Shown: in pieces, positions 9,142 to 17,833 of the stretch | Layout of the letters: each line of letters begins with the position of its first letter | How positions within the stretch are numbered: the first letter of the stretch is position 1 | From: a bacterium | Lineage (GTDB): Bacteria > Planctomycetota > J058 > JACQDU01 | Direction of reading: 5' to 3' | NCBI GenBank assembly: GCA_016200955.1 | Contig: JACQDU010000062.1 | Coordinates: forward strand, 1 to 28,728 | Length of the DNA stretch: 28,728 nt | Translations under genes and position numbers: made by a program | Notes under the pieces: model-generated | The model's database searches: none | What the model was told of the DNA's origin: nothing | The model's input: the letters and a program-made list of their open reading frames with translations, nothing else

Positions 9142-9179
9142 AAGAAGGCCAGGAACGACGCGGGTTCCTGGCCCTTCTT
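9142..9179. terminator. Probable bidirectional intrinsic terminator between the tRNA and the convergent pilin gene
   Basis: 10-bp perfect stem GGCCAGGAAC (9147-9156)/GTTCCTGGCC (9164-9173), flanked by AAGAA and CTTCTT. Confidence 0.65.
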
Positions 9180-9215
9180 CCGTTCCGGTCAGGGCGAGCC
9201 AGCACCGTGGCCCTG

Positions 9216-9707
9216 CTACTTGCCGATCGGGATCACCGTCGTTCCCGCGTTCGGGATCGTGCACGTGCTCGTGTCCAGCGCGAGCGACTTGCCCGTCGTG
9301 TAATAGAGGACGCCGGCGGTGTTGGCCTCGAAATAGCGGTCGCCGGTGGTCCCTGGCAGGGCGGGGTTCGCGGTGCCGAACCAGAGGAACTCCGACGTCG
9401 TGCCGGAGTAAGCCGCCTGGAAGATGTAGCCCTGCTTCGTCCCCGAACCGAGCACGGAGTCGACCAGCCCGCAGTTGCTGAGCTCCGAGAGCATCCCGAA
9501 GTCGTTGTTGCCGTCCTGCTCCTTGTCGCCGTCGCGGAACAGGACCTCCTGCGTGTTGATCGTCCGCAGGGCTCCGATCGCGGATGCCTCCTGGCCGTGC
9601 TTCCTCGCGGAGAGGAGGCTCGGGATCGCGATCGAGGCGATGATCGCGATGATCGCGATCACGATCATGAGCTCTATAAGCGTGAATCCGGCTCGCTTCC
9701 CTCTCAT
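9216..9707 (-). CDS. Type IV pilin-like protein (prepilin N-terminal cleavage/methylation motif), 163 aa
   Basis: MRGKRAG|FTLIELMIVIAIIAIIASIAIPSLLSAR: G-1, F+1, E+5 and hydrophobic helix. GAGGT before the ATG, which overlaps the upstream TGA. Confidence 0.92.
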   Translation of the reverse strand: MRGKRAGFTLIELMIVIAIIAIIASIAIPSLLSARKHGQEASAIGALRTINTQEVLFRDGDKEQDGNNDFGMLSELSNCGLVDSVLGSGTKQGYIFQAAYSGTTSEFLWFGTANPALPGTTGDRYFEANTAGVLYYTTGKSLALDTSTCTIPNAGTTVIPIGK

Positions 9708-10363
9708 GTCGCTACCTCGCGTGCGGGGCACGCGATCGTCCGCCAGCTCGCGCTCGGGACGAAGGCCTTCGCGACCTCCGCTCTCCCTCGCGCCGTCGCG
9801 AGCGTGAGCGCGGGGACGATCACGCCTCCCGCAAGGCGCACGGTGATCGCCCACCAGGGATCCACGCGAGCGAGGACGGGCTTCGCGATCACGATCCCGA
9901 CCGCCATGGTGAGCATGGCGAGCAAGCCGAGAGCGACGCCGACCGCCAACCGCGCACGCTTCTCGCTCGTCTCCTCCTTCTTCGGCTCCAAGGTCCCTAC
10001 GAGCACGGCCGCGCCTATGAGCGCGGCGGCGACGACCACCGGCCACCCGACGCTCTCGCCCAGGTAGACGACCGCGCAGAGGATCACGCACGGGCTGTAG
10101 AAGCAGTCGACGATCGCCGAGCGCCCCGCGCCGATCCGGTTCAGGCTCATGAGGAAGAGCGTGTCGCAGACGCCGAGCCCGAGGAGCCCGCTCACGAAGA
10201 GGAGTGTCCAGTCGGTGCCCGACGGCTCCGTCGGCCAGAGCGGCGCTCCGATCGCGCGCATCGTCGCGATCAAGAGGAGAAACGCGAACGTGTTCTTGAA
10301 CAGGTTGAGAGCGGCGGGCGCGACCGTGTCGCCGCTCTTCCTGAGCAAGATCACCGCGAACGC
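9704..10363 (-). pseudogene. DMT/EamA-family transporter fragment lacking its own start and the C-terminal part of the second EamA repeat
   Basis: AFAVILLRKSG...ALNLFKN, LSGLLGLGVCDTLFLMSLNRIGAGR, VVYLGE, GVALGLLAMLTMAVGIVIAKPVL; ends abruptly with WRTIACPAREVAT. Confidence 0.75.
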
Positions 10364-11329
10364 CACTCTCTTGCAGGCCTCGACGATCCGCTCGACCGAA
10401 GGGAGCGCGCGCTTCTCGAGCGAGTCGGCGTAAGGCATGGGCACGTCCTCCGTCGTCACTCGCTCCACGGGAGCGTCGAGCCAGTCGAACGCCTCGCGCT
10501 GGACCGTGTAGGCGATCTCTCCCCCGTAGCCGCAGGTGCGCCAGCCCTCCTCGACGACGACGCAGCGGTTCGTCTTCTTGACGCTCGCGACGAGCCCGGC
10601 CTCGTCGAGGGGCTTCAGGGTCCTGGGATCCCAGACCTCGCAGTCGAAGCCCTCCATCTCGAGCGCCGCGGCCGCCTCGAGCGCGAGGTGGACCATGCGC
10701 GACCACGCGACGATCGTCAGGTCCTTCCCCTCGCGCTTGGTGTCGCCCTTCCCGAGAGGGATCGTGATCTCGCCCTCGGGCACCTCGCCCTTCAGGCCGT
10801 AGAGGCGCTCGTTCTCGATGAAGACCACGGGGTTGTCGTCGCGGATCGACGTCTTGAGGAGCCCCTTCGCGTCCCGCGGAGTCGACGGGCACACGACGCG
10901 CAGGCCGGGGACGTAGGAGTAGTAGCTCTCAAAGGACTGCGAGTGCTGCGCGGCGAGCCGGCCGCCGGCGCCGCCCGCTCCGCGGAAGACGATCGGCACC
11001 TTCACCTGCCCGCCCGACATGAGGCGAGCCTTCGCCGCCGAGTTCACGATCGCGTCGATCGCGACCAGGGAGAAGTTGAACGTCATGAGCTCGACGATCG
11101 GCCGGAGCCCGGCGATCGCCGCTCCCACGCCGAGGCCGCAGAAGCCGTTCTCGTTGATCGGCGTGTCGATCACGCGCTTCTCGCCGAAGCGCTCGAGCAG
11201 GCCCTGGCTCACCTTGTAGGCGCCCTGGTAGTGGCCGACCTCCTCTCCCATGAGGAAGACGTCGGGATCGCGGTCCATCTCCTCGGCCATGGCCTGGCCG
11301 AGCGCTTCTCTCATCTGGATGACGGGCAT
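9704..11329 (-). CDS. pdhB: Pyruvate dehydrogenase E1 beta subunit (aa 1-~322) reading in frame into a DMT/EamA transporter fragment
   Basis: MREALGQAMAEEM, GEEVGHYQGAYKVSQGL, DTPINENGF, EL-MTFNF, AAQHSQS, PSTPRDAKGLL, VVVEEGW, DVPMPYA. No stop after ...VEACKRV (10364). Confidence 0.9.
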   Translation of the reverse strand: MPVIQMREALGQAMAEEMDRDPDVFLMGEEVGHYQGAYKVSQGLLERFGEKRVIDTPINENGFCGLGVGAAIAGLRPIVELMTFNFSLVAIDAIVNSAAKARLMSGGQVKVPIVFRGAGGAGGRLAAQHSQSFESYYSYVPGLRVVCPSTPRDAKGLLKTSIRDDNPVVFIENERLYGLKGEVPEGEITIPLGKGDTKREGKDLTIVAWSRMVHLALEAAAALEMEGFDCEVWDPRTLKPLDEAGLVASVKKTNRCVVVEEGWRTCGYGGEIAYTVQREAFDWLDAPVERVTTEDVPMPYADSLEKRALPSVERIVEACKRVAFAVILLRKSGDTVAPAALNLFKNTFAFLLLIATMRAIGAPLWPTEPSGTDWTLLFVSGLLGLGVCDTLFLMSLNRIGAGRSAIVDCFYSPCVILCAVVYLGESVGWPVVVAAALIGAAVLVGTLEPKKEETSEKRARLAVGVALGLLAMLTMAVGIVIAKPVLARVDPWWAITVRLAGGVIVPALTLATARGRAEVAKAFVPSASWRTIACPAREVAT

Positions 11330-11360
11330 GCGGCCTGGCTCCCCTCGAGCTTCACCGATC

Positions 11361-11450
11361 GTCCTGAGCGTAGGCCGCGCGAAGCGCGGCCGTAGTCGAA
11401 GGACGCCCTTCGACTTCGCGGCTCGCCTGCGGGCGAGCCTCTACGTCCGG
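11361..11450. repeat. REP-like doublet: two GTAG-led GC-rich hairpins in inverted orientation between pdhA and pdhB
   Basis: GTAG-GCCGCGC-GAA-GCGCGGC (11370-11390); central inverted repeat AGTCGAAGG/CCTTCGACT (11394-11415); opposite-strand GTAG-A-GGCTCGCC-CGCA-GGCGAGCC (11444-11420). Confidence 0.7.
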
Positions 11451-11473
11451 AGCGAGCGGAAGGCAAGCATCGT

Positions 11474-12481
11474 TCAGGCGTAGACGTTCCTGGTCGCGTC
11501 TTCCCACGAAGGCTCGGGCTCCGATTCGGCGAACAGGACGGCCTCCTCGATCTTCTTCTCGACCGCGAGGTCGATCGCGGCGAGGTCGCCCTCGGCGACG
11601 CCGAGCGAGAGGAGACGCGCGCGCGCGAGCGGGATCGAGTCCTTCGCCTTCCACTCCTCGACCTCCTCCTTCGTCCGGTACTTCGCGGGGTCGGTCATGG
11701 AGTGGCCGCGGTAGCGGTAGGTCACGCACTCGATGAAGGTCGGGCCCTCGCCGCGCCGCGCGCGCTCGACGGCCCGCTCGATGTGCTCGAAGACGGCGAG
11801 CACGTCCTGGGTCTCCGGGAGCCGGTCGCGCGCCATCTCGTAGGAGAGCGCGATGTTCGTGAGGTCCTCGACGGGGACCTCCTTCTCCATGGGAGTTCCC
11901 ATGGCGTAGTGGTTGTTCTCGCAGACGAAGACGACGGGGAGCTTCCAGAGCTGGGCGAGTGCCATTCCCTCGTGGAACGCTCCCTGCGCCGTCGCGCCCT
12001 CGCCGAAGAAGACGAGGGAGACGCGCTTCTCCTCCCGGTACTTCGCAGCGAACGCCGTCCCGACGCCGACCGGGACGTGGCTGCCCACGATCGCCCAGCC
12101 GCCGAGGAAGCCGCGGGCCGGATCGAACATGTGCATGGAGCCGCCGAGCCCCGAGGAGCACCCGGCGCGTCTCCCGAGGAGCTCGGCCATGGCCGCCTTC
12201 GGGTCTCCTCCGCGCGCCAGGAAGTGAGCGTGGTCGCGGTAAGTGCACACGACCCTGTCGTCGGGCCCGAGCGTCGCGATCGCGCCGACCGCCACGGCCT
12301 CCTGGCCGATGTAGAGGTGGCAGAAGCCGCCGATCTTTCCCTGCGCGTAAGCCTTCGCCGCCGCCTCCTCGAAGCGGCGGCAGAGGAGCATCCTCGCGTA
12401 GAGGTCGAGGAGGAGCTTCCTGGGGCCGCTCTCGGCGGGCGACGCGCTCTTCGCCTCGGCTCGGCCGGTCTCGGGGCTCAT
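11474..12481 (-). CDS. pdhA: Pyruvate dehydrogenase E1 alpha subunit
   Basis: RRFEE, KIGGFCHLYIGQEAV, TYRDHAH, GGSMHMF, IVGSHVP, ThDP motif variant FFGEGA...QGAFHE...N, TYRYRGHSMTDP. Start ATG 12481. Confidence 0.95.
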   Translation of the reverse strand: MSPETGRAEAKSASPAESGPRKLLLDLYARMLLCRRFEEAAAKAYAQGKIGGFCHLYIGQEAVAVGAIATLGPDDRVVCTYRDHAHFLARGGDPKAAMAELLGRRAGCSSGLGGSMHMFDPARGFLGGWAIVGSHVPVGVGTAFAAKYREEKRVSLVFFGEGATAQGAFHEGMALAQLWKLPVVFVCENNHYAMGTPMEKEVPVEDLTNIALSYEMARDRLPETQDVLAVFEHIERAVERARRGEGPTFIECVTYRYRGHSMTDPAKYRTKEEVEEWKAKDSIPLARARLLSLGVAEGDLAAIDLAVEKKIEEAVLFAESEPEPSWEDATRNVYA

Positions 12482-12491
12482 TCCGGAAGAG

Positions 12492-12500
12492 ATCCTAGCA
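12492..12500 (-). promoter_or_regulatory. Extended -10 element (TGcTAGGAT) 10 nt before the pdhA ATG
   Basis: Seen on the minus strand; no Shine-Dalgarno between it and the start codon. Confidence 0.5.
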
Positions 12501-12534
12501 AAGCTCGCGAGACGCGAACGCGGGCGGGAGAAAC

Positions 12535-13584
12535 TCAGTCGCGCGCGCGATCGAGCTGGCGCGCGAACTCGCCGGCCTTCCGGGCATCGAGCCACGAGAG
12601 CGGATACTGGATCGTCCCGCCCTCGTGCTCGATCACGAGCCAGCCCTGCTCGCGGCTCGCCCTCGCGATCGTGCTCCTCTTGAGCGCCGAGAGAGGGAGC
12701 TTGACCGAGCACCGGAGGTCCGGGAGGAGCGGGACGACGAGCCCGTCGAGCCCGAGCACGAGATCGGCCGCGGGCGGCTGATCCCACGTCTGGACGATCG
12801 CCATCGTCGCGACCGAGAGGAAAGCGAAGACGATCGCCGCGACCTTCACGAAGCCGTTCGCCGCGACCCCGAGCCCGAACCCCGTGAACGCGAACGCGAT
12901 CGCGACCGTGCTCAGGATCGGCATCTTCCGGGCGAGGAAGCGGCGCGGGTCGTGCGGCTGCACGGGGAGCCGGACGACCGTTCCCAGGAGAACGCCGCCC
13001 GGCCCGAGCGCCCGCTCGAGCACCGAGAGCGCGAGGTCGAACGTCTTCGCTCCGAGCGCGTTGTCCGAGAGCGCGAAGCGGCCCGAGGCGAGGTCGAGGA
13101 TCAGGAGGCGCGGCGCTCCTCCCTTGCGCTCCCGGACGCGGAAGCCGCGGAGCGCCTCCCACGGCCCCTCGGGACCGGGAGCGTCCGCGCCGAGCCAGGG
13201 AAGACGGAAGCCGCGCCGGTCGAAGCGCACGCGCCCGCGGTCGGGATAGCGCTCGAGCCTCCTCGCGACGGCGCGCGCCGGCATGATGAGAGCGCCCGAA
13301 GCGAGCGCGCCGAGGGCCGTGAGCTCGAAGAGGAGCTGCTCTCTGTGCTCGAACGAGAGGAGAGCGATCGCGCCCGCGAGGACCGCCGCGAAGACGAACA
13401 CGCGGACGAGCGCTTGCACGCCGAGCTTGGGCGGGATCAGGTCGACGGCGAAGGCACGAAGCTCCTGCGGCTCGCCCTCGCCCGGCTCGGGCTCGGGGGA
13501 GGAGCCGTCGTCGTCCTCATCCCAGGAGTCCTCGCCGCTCTCGTCGGCGTCCTGGTCGGGATCGCTGCTGCCGTCTTCGGTCAC
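12535..13584 (-). CDS. Hypothetical membrane protein: acidic N-terminal tail plus two (2-TM + beta-rich soluble) modules
   Basis: D/E-rich first ~40 aa; two TM hairpins, each followed by a bacterial-PH-like beta segment (FDRRGFRLP...; LVLGLDGLVVP...). GTG 10 nt after the kinase stop. Confidence 0.7.
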   Translation of the reverse strand: MTEDGSSDPDQDADESGEDSWDEDDDGSSPEPEPGEGEPQELRAFAVDLIPPKLGVQALVRVFVFAAVLAGAIALLSFEHREQLLFELTALGALASGALIMPARAVARRLERYPDRGRVRFDRRGFRLPWLGADAPGPEGPWEALRGFRVRERKGGAPRLLILDLASGRFALSDNALGAKTFDLALSVLERALGPGGVLLGTVVRLPVQPHDPRRFLARKMPILSTVAIAFAFTGFGLGVAANGFVKVAAIVFAFLSVATMAIVQTWDQPPAADLVLGLDGLVVPLLPDLRCSVKLPLSALKRSTIARASREQGWLVIEHEGGTIQYPLSWLDARKAGEFARQLDRARD

Positions 13585-13594
13585 GGGAGAAAGC

Positions 13595-16366
13595 TCACGT
13601 CTTCGGTCCCTCGGGCCCCGCTCCTGCGGCTCGGGCCCGCGCGAGAGCGTCCGCGATCGTCAACTCGACGCGCGGTCCGCTCCCCCCGAGAGTAGCACCG
13701 GGCTCGAACGTCGTCGCGGCCCCTTTCGCGGAAAGGCAGGCCGCGAGAGATCCCAGCGCGAGCGCGAGGGGAGCGTCGGCCCGCACGATCTTCCCCGCCG
13801 CGAGCTCGAAGCGGACGCTCGCGCGGCCGCCCCGGATGGTGAGGACGCCCGTCGCTCCGTCGCGCGCGAAGCGCTGGATCCTCTGTGGCATGTCGACCGG
13901 CACGCGCCACGCTCCGCTCGCGACCTGCTGCCCTCCCGAGGGCGCGCTCTTCCTGGGGGGAGCGGGCGGCGCGGGAGACGCCGGCCCTCCTGGCCTCATG
14001 TCGAGCTTCGAGGTCGTCGTCGCGAACGGGTTCGGGAACCTCCCCGTGCGCCTCGGATCGGGCAGGTCGGTGTCTTCCTGGATGATCGTCGACTCCTCGA
14101 CCGGGAACTGGAGGACGTGCGTGACGCGGTTCGGGTCGAGGACCGGCTTCGCCTCGACGGCCGGCGCCGGAGGAGCGAGCGCGTCGAGCGCCGTCACGAG
14201 GTCCTCGAGCGACGCGTAGCGCTTCTCCGGCTCCTGCTGGAGCGCGCGGTCGAGCACGCGAGCGAGCTCCGGCGGGACCTCGTTCCGCTCGCGGAGAGGC
14301 GTCGCCGTCACGCGGCGCCCTCCCGAGCGCAGCTCGAGCGGCGCCTCTCCCGTGAGCAGGAAGTGGCCGACCGCCGCGATCGAGTAGACGAGCGCGCGAG
14401 GAGTCATCTCCCGCACGCCCGCCGCCTCGGGCGCCTCGTAGCTCGGCATCGAGCGTCCCATCTCGACGCGCGAGCGGCCCGCCTCGACGAGCCCGGGAGC
14501 CAGCCCCACGTCCATGAGCCTCGCTTGCCCGTTCGGCTTGAGCAGCACGAGGCCGGGGCGGATCGCGACGCTCGTGACTCCCTGCGTGCGGGCATAGGAG
14601 ACGGCGCGCGCGAGCAGGACCGTCGCGCGCCGCGCCGTCTCCGAGGCGAGGACGCCTTCCCGGAGGACGATCTCGGACGCGGTCCTCGCCTCGACGGGGT
14701 CGGTCACGATGACCAGGACTCCCTCGGAGGCGCGAACGGCGTGCGCGAGGAGGAGCCCCGGGTGGTCGAGCGAGAGCGCGGTCTTCGAGCGCTCGACGTA
14801 GAGCTTGGCCGCGCTCGGCCCGAGGTCGAGGGCGTGCGCCGCGAGCTTCCGCTGCCGTGGGGGCTGGCCCGGCCGGCTCACGCTGCCCTCGGCCTCGAAG
14901 CGGAGGATCGGCCCTCCGAGCTCGAGGCGGCGCGAGACGGAGACGCCGAGCGCGGCGATCGCCTCGCGCGCGCGCTTCTCGCCGCTCGCCCGGTCCTCCT
15001 CCATGCGAGCGCGGCAGCGGGCGCAGAGGTGCCTCTCCTCGATCTTCGTCGCCTCGTCCGAGGAGCCGGCGTCGTTCGGGAGGTCGATCCCGCAGAGCAG
15101 GCACTTCCAGAGAGGAGCCGCGAGGGAAGGCGGCGCGTTCTCGAGCGCCACGTCGAGGACCGTCTTTCCGAGAGTGAGCTTGTCGCCCGGCCGCAGGAGG
15201 GCCGAGCTGTGGCCCCTCACCTTCAGGCCGTTCACGTAAGTCCCGTTCGAGCTGCCGAGGTTGGTCACGACGAGGCCGCGGCCGCCCAGCTCGAGGCGGC
15301 AGTGCTGGCGCGAGATCCACGGCATGCCGATCGACGTGCTCGCCTGCCCGTCCGCGAGCGAGCGCCCGATCACGAAGCCCTCGCCCACGGCGAGCGGGCG
15401 CTCGATCGTCATCTCGTCCGAGGAGAGGATCACCAGCGCCGGCGCGTCGGCGGCCGGCTTCGGCTTCCGGGGCCGGGCGAGGATCTCGACGAGCGCGCGC
15501 CGCGCCCAGCCCTCGCCCGCTCCTCCGAGGAGCTCGCGCGCGAGCGACTCCGCGGACGAGACCACCTGCTTCGCCTCCGGCCGCTCGTCCGGCTCCTTCG
15601 AGAGCAGCGAGAAGACGAACGCGCCGAGCGAAGGTGGCACCGAGCGCGGGAGCGGCGGCGGCTGGCGCTCCACGAGCTCGCGCAGGCGGGCGAAGACCGT
15701 CTCTCCCGTGAACGGCGTCATGCCCGCGAGGCACCGGTAGGCCGTGCTCCCGAGAGCGAAGATGTCCACGCGCCCGTCGACGGCGTCTCCCTCGACCTGC
15801 TCGGGGGCCATGTAGTCGATCGTGCCGATCGGCATCTCGGAGGAGATCACGCGGTCGCGGGTGACCTCGTCGTTCATTCCCTTGAGCTGGGCGATCCCGA
15901 AGTCGCAGAGCTTCGCGGCGCCGCCCGCGGTGATGACGATGTTCGGCGGCTTCACGTCCAGGTGGACCACGCCACGTGAGCTCAGGTGATCGAGAGCGTG
16001 CGCGACCTCGCAGAGGAGCGCGAGCACGACGCCGGGCGCGAGCGGCCCTCCTTGCCTCTCGAGGAGCTCCTCCAGGCTCGGGCCGTCCACGTACTCGAGG
16101 GCGAGCCACGTGCCCGCCTCGTCGTTTCCTCGCGCCAGGATCCGGACGACGTTCGGGTGGTCGAGCCGCTCGAGGAGGTCGCCTTCCTGCAGGAAGCGGT
16201 CGAGCCGCCGCTCGAGCCGGTCCACCGTCGCGTCGAATTGCCGGAGGACCTTGAGCGCGCAGATGCGGCCGGTCGCGCGCTGGCGCGCCTTGAAGACGGT
16301 CGCCATGCCGCCTTCGCCCAGCACCTCGAGGAGCTCGTAACCGGGGACCGGTTCCTTGTCCGACAC
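13595..16366 (-). CDS. Multidomain Ser/Thr kinase: kinase - FHA - CxxC/CxxC Zn ribbon - pseudokinase - DUF4388-like domain
   Basis: GEGGMA, ALKVL, HLDVKPPN, DFG, APE; FHA GRS...SRQH...SSNGT; CLLC...CARC; second degenerate kinase fold (IRPGLVLL, MDVG, APE); C-terminal TGVLTI...FELAAGKIVRA. Confidence 0.9.
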   Translation of the reverse strand: MSDKEPVPGYELLEVLGEGGMATVFKARQRATGRICALKVLRQFDATVDRLERRLDRFLQEGDLLERLDHPNVVRILARGNDEAGTWLALEYVDGPSLEELLERQGGPLAPGVVLALLCEVAHALDHLSSRGVVHLDVKPPNIVITAGGAAKLCDFGIAQLKGMNDEVTRDRVISSEMPIGTIDYMAPEQVEGDAVDGRVDIFALGSTAYRCLAGMTPFTGETVFARLRELVERQPPPLPRSVPPSLGAFVFSLLSKEPDERPEAKQVVSSAESLARELLGGAGEGWARRALVEILARPRKPKPAADAPALVILSSDEMTIERPLAVGEGFVIGRSLADGQASTSIGMPWISRQHCRLELGGRGLVVTNLGSSNGTYVNGLKVRGHSSALLRPGDKLTLGKTVLDVALENAPPSLAAPLWKCLLCGIDLPNDAGSSDEATKIEERHLCARCRARMEEDRASGEKRAREAIAALGVSVSRRLELGGPILRFEAEGSVSRPGQPPRQRKLAAHALDLGPSAAKLYVERSKTALSLDHPGLLLAHAVRASEGVLVIVTDPVEARTASEIVLREGVLASETARRATVLLARAVSYARTQGVTSVAIRPGLVLLKPNGQARLMDVGLAPGLVEAGRSRVEMGRSMPSYEAPEAAGVREMTPRALVYSIAAVGHFLLTGEAPLELRSGGRRVTATPLRERNEVPPELARVLDRALQQEPEKRYASLEDLVTALDALAPPAPAVEAKPVLDPNRVTHVLQFPVEESTIIQEDTDLPDPRRTGRFPNPFATTTSKLDMRPGGPASPAPPAPPRKSAPSGGQQVASGAWRVPVDMPQRIQRFARDGATGVLTIRGGRASVRFELAAGKIVRADAPLALALGSLAACLSAKGAATTFEPGATLGGSGPRVELTIADALARARAAGAGPEGPKT

Positions 16367-16474
16367 GGACGTATGTTAGGGCGGCCGCGCCCGGCGAGCA
16401 ACTTGCCGGACGCTCGCGCGGCGTGCCCCTGACGCTCGCGCCGTTTCCGATTAGAGTCTTCCCGGGAGAAAGGC

Positions 16475-17833
16475 TTGACCCGGGGGAGCGCGACGTTCGG
16501 GATTCTTCTCCTCTCGCTGCTGCTCCTCCACGCGAAGGGCGCGGGCGCGCAGGACCGGGGGCCGGACCCGGAGAACGACCGCCTCGGGAAAGGCGGCCGC
16601 ACCGGCGCCGAGAGCGCCGAGACGCCTCCCAAGCCGGCCCCGCGCCCGGTCCTGCCCTACGATCCCAACGACGAGGCCCCTCCTCCCGACGCTCCCGGGC
16701 CGAGCCGCGAGAAGCCCGGTTCGGAAGAGAGGGGAAAGCACGACGAGACACCGACGACCGGCGGGATGTTCGAGGGAATCGAGACGAAGGCCGACGGCCG
16801 CATCCGTCTCGAGCTCGGTTACGACTCGAACGTCTTCCGCGCCGAGAGAGGGCGCACGAGCGACTTCTTCTTCCACGGATACGGCGAGGGCAACCTCCTC
16901 GTCCGCTTCCCGGGAGAGCGCGAGCTCTTCGCGAGCGTCACGGGAGAGGGCCTCGCTTACGGGAAGCAGGACCTCGCGAACGAAGCTTACGGCTCGTCGT
17001 TCGCCGACTACTACCACCCGCTCACCTCGCGGCTCGACGTGGAGGTCCAGAACACCTTCGAGTACTCGCGGCAGAACCTCCTCGACGACAACGGCGACCT
17101 CCTCCCGCGCGAGAAGTTCAACGCGTACGACGAGGAGTGCCGCGTGGCCTTCATCGCTCACGCGACGGACGAGCTCTCCTTCGAGATCGGCGGCGGGTTC
17201 CGCTGGAAGGACTTCGAGGAGACGTTCGGGATCCCGTCGCTCGACTTCTACGAGGCTCGCGGGAACGCCGGCGCGCGCTTCAAGATCCCGTGGTGGCCCG
17301 AGTCGAAGCTGCGCGTCCGTTACGTCTTCCGCGAGCGCCACTACCTCCAGCTCCGCGCGAACCTGCGCGACGGAGCCTTCGTCAGGGAAGACCCGAAGCT
17401 AGTGCTCCAGCGCCACCAGGCGATCGTGAGCTACTCGCAGCGCGTCGAGATCCCGTCGCCGTTCTCCAAGAACCCCATGCAGCTCTCGGTCGTCGCCGGG
17501 TACACGTTCACCTACAACGGCGACATCTTCGAGAACGACCGCAGCTACCGCGAGCACTCGGGCTCGCTGCGCGTCGAGTGGTGGATCGTGCGCGAGTGGA
17601 CACGGCTCGAGCTCGAGGTGCGCGGCGGCACGCGGAGCTTCCTCGTGCGCCGTGCGCCCTCGCAGGCGGGGCTCAGGCAGCGCTTCCTCGACTCGTCCGC
17701 GCTCCTCTGGCAGAAGGTCTACGACCACGTCGCGATCGTGGGAGAGGTCGCCTGGTTCCTCTACGACTCGACCGACCCGACCGAGAGCTACGGCCGCTTC
17801 GTGGGACAGCTCGGCATCGAGGTCTTCTTCTAG
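16475..17833 (+). CDS. Outer-membrane beta-barrel protein, probably polysaccharide-associated (BBP2-like, tentative)
   Basis: Signal peptide, Pro-rich linker, LGYDSNVF start of barrel, alternating aromatic beta strands, C-terminal GIEVFF; GAAAGG before TTG; abuts a glycosyltransferase. Confidence 0.75.
   Translation: MTRGSATFGILLLSLLLLHAKGAGAQDRGPDPENDRLGKGGRTGAESAETPPKPAPRPVLPYDPNDEAPPPDAPGPSREKPGSEERGKHDETPTTGGMFEGIETKADGRIRLELGYDSNVFRAERGRTSDFFFHGYGEGNLLVRFPGERELFASVTGEGLAYGKQDLANEAYGSSFADYYHPLTSRLDVEVQNTFEYSRQNLLDDNGDLLPREKFNAYDEECRVAFIAHATDELSFEIGGGFRWKDFEETFGIPSLDFYEARGNAGARFKIPWWPESKLRVRYVFRERHYLQLRANLRDGAFVREDPKLVLQRHQAIVSYSQRVEIPSPFSKNPMQLSVVAGYTFTYNGDIFENDRSYREHSGSLRVEWWIVREWTRLELEVRGGTRSFLVRRAPSQAGLRQRFLDSSALLWQKVYDHVAIVGEVAWFLYDSTDPTESYGRFVGQLGIEVFF

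Noticed and set aside
9064-9142. Initiator tRNA-fMet or tRNA-Ile2 call; encoded CCA end
   Set aside because: D-arm spacing fixes position 1 at 9065, so C9064/A9138 is not a C1:A72 pair. The anticodon stem lacks three G-C pairs, and the GGCGG/CCGCT acceptor resembles elongator Met more than Ile2 (Ile2 not fully excluded). CCA lies one base too far (A-A-CCA), so it is probably added post-transcriptionally.
9065-9720. tRNA-Met as integration site of a genomic island
   Set aside because: No integrase, no duplicated tRNA 3' end elsewhere in the window, and the flanking genes are ordinary chromosomal genes.
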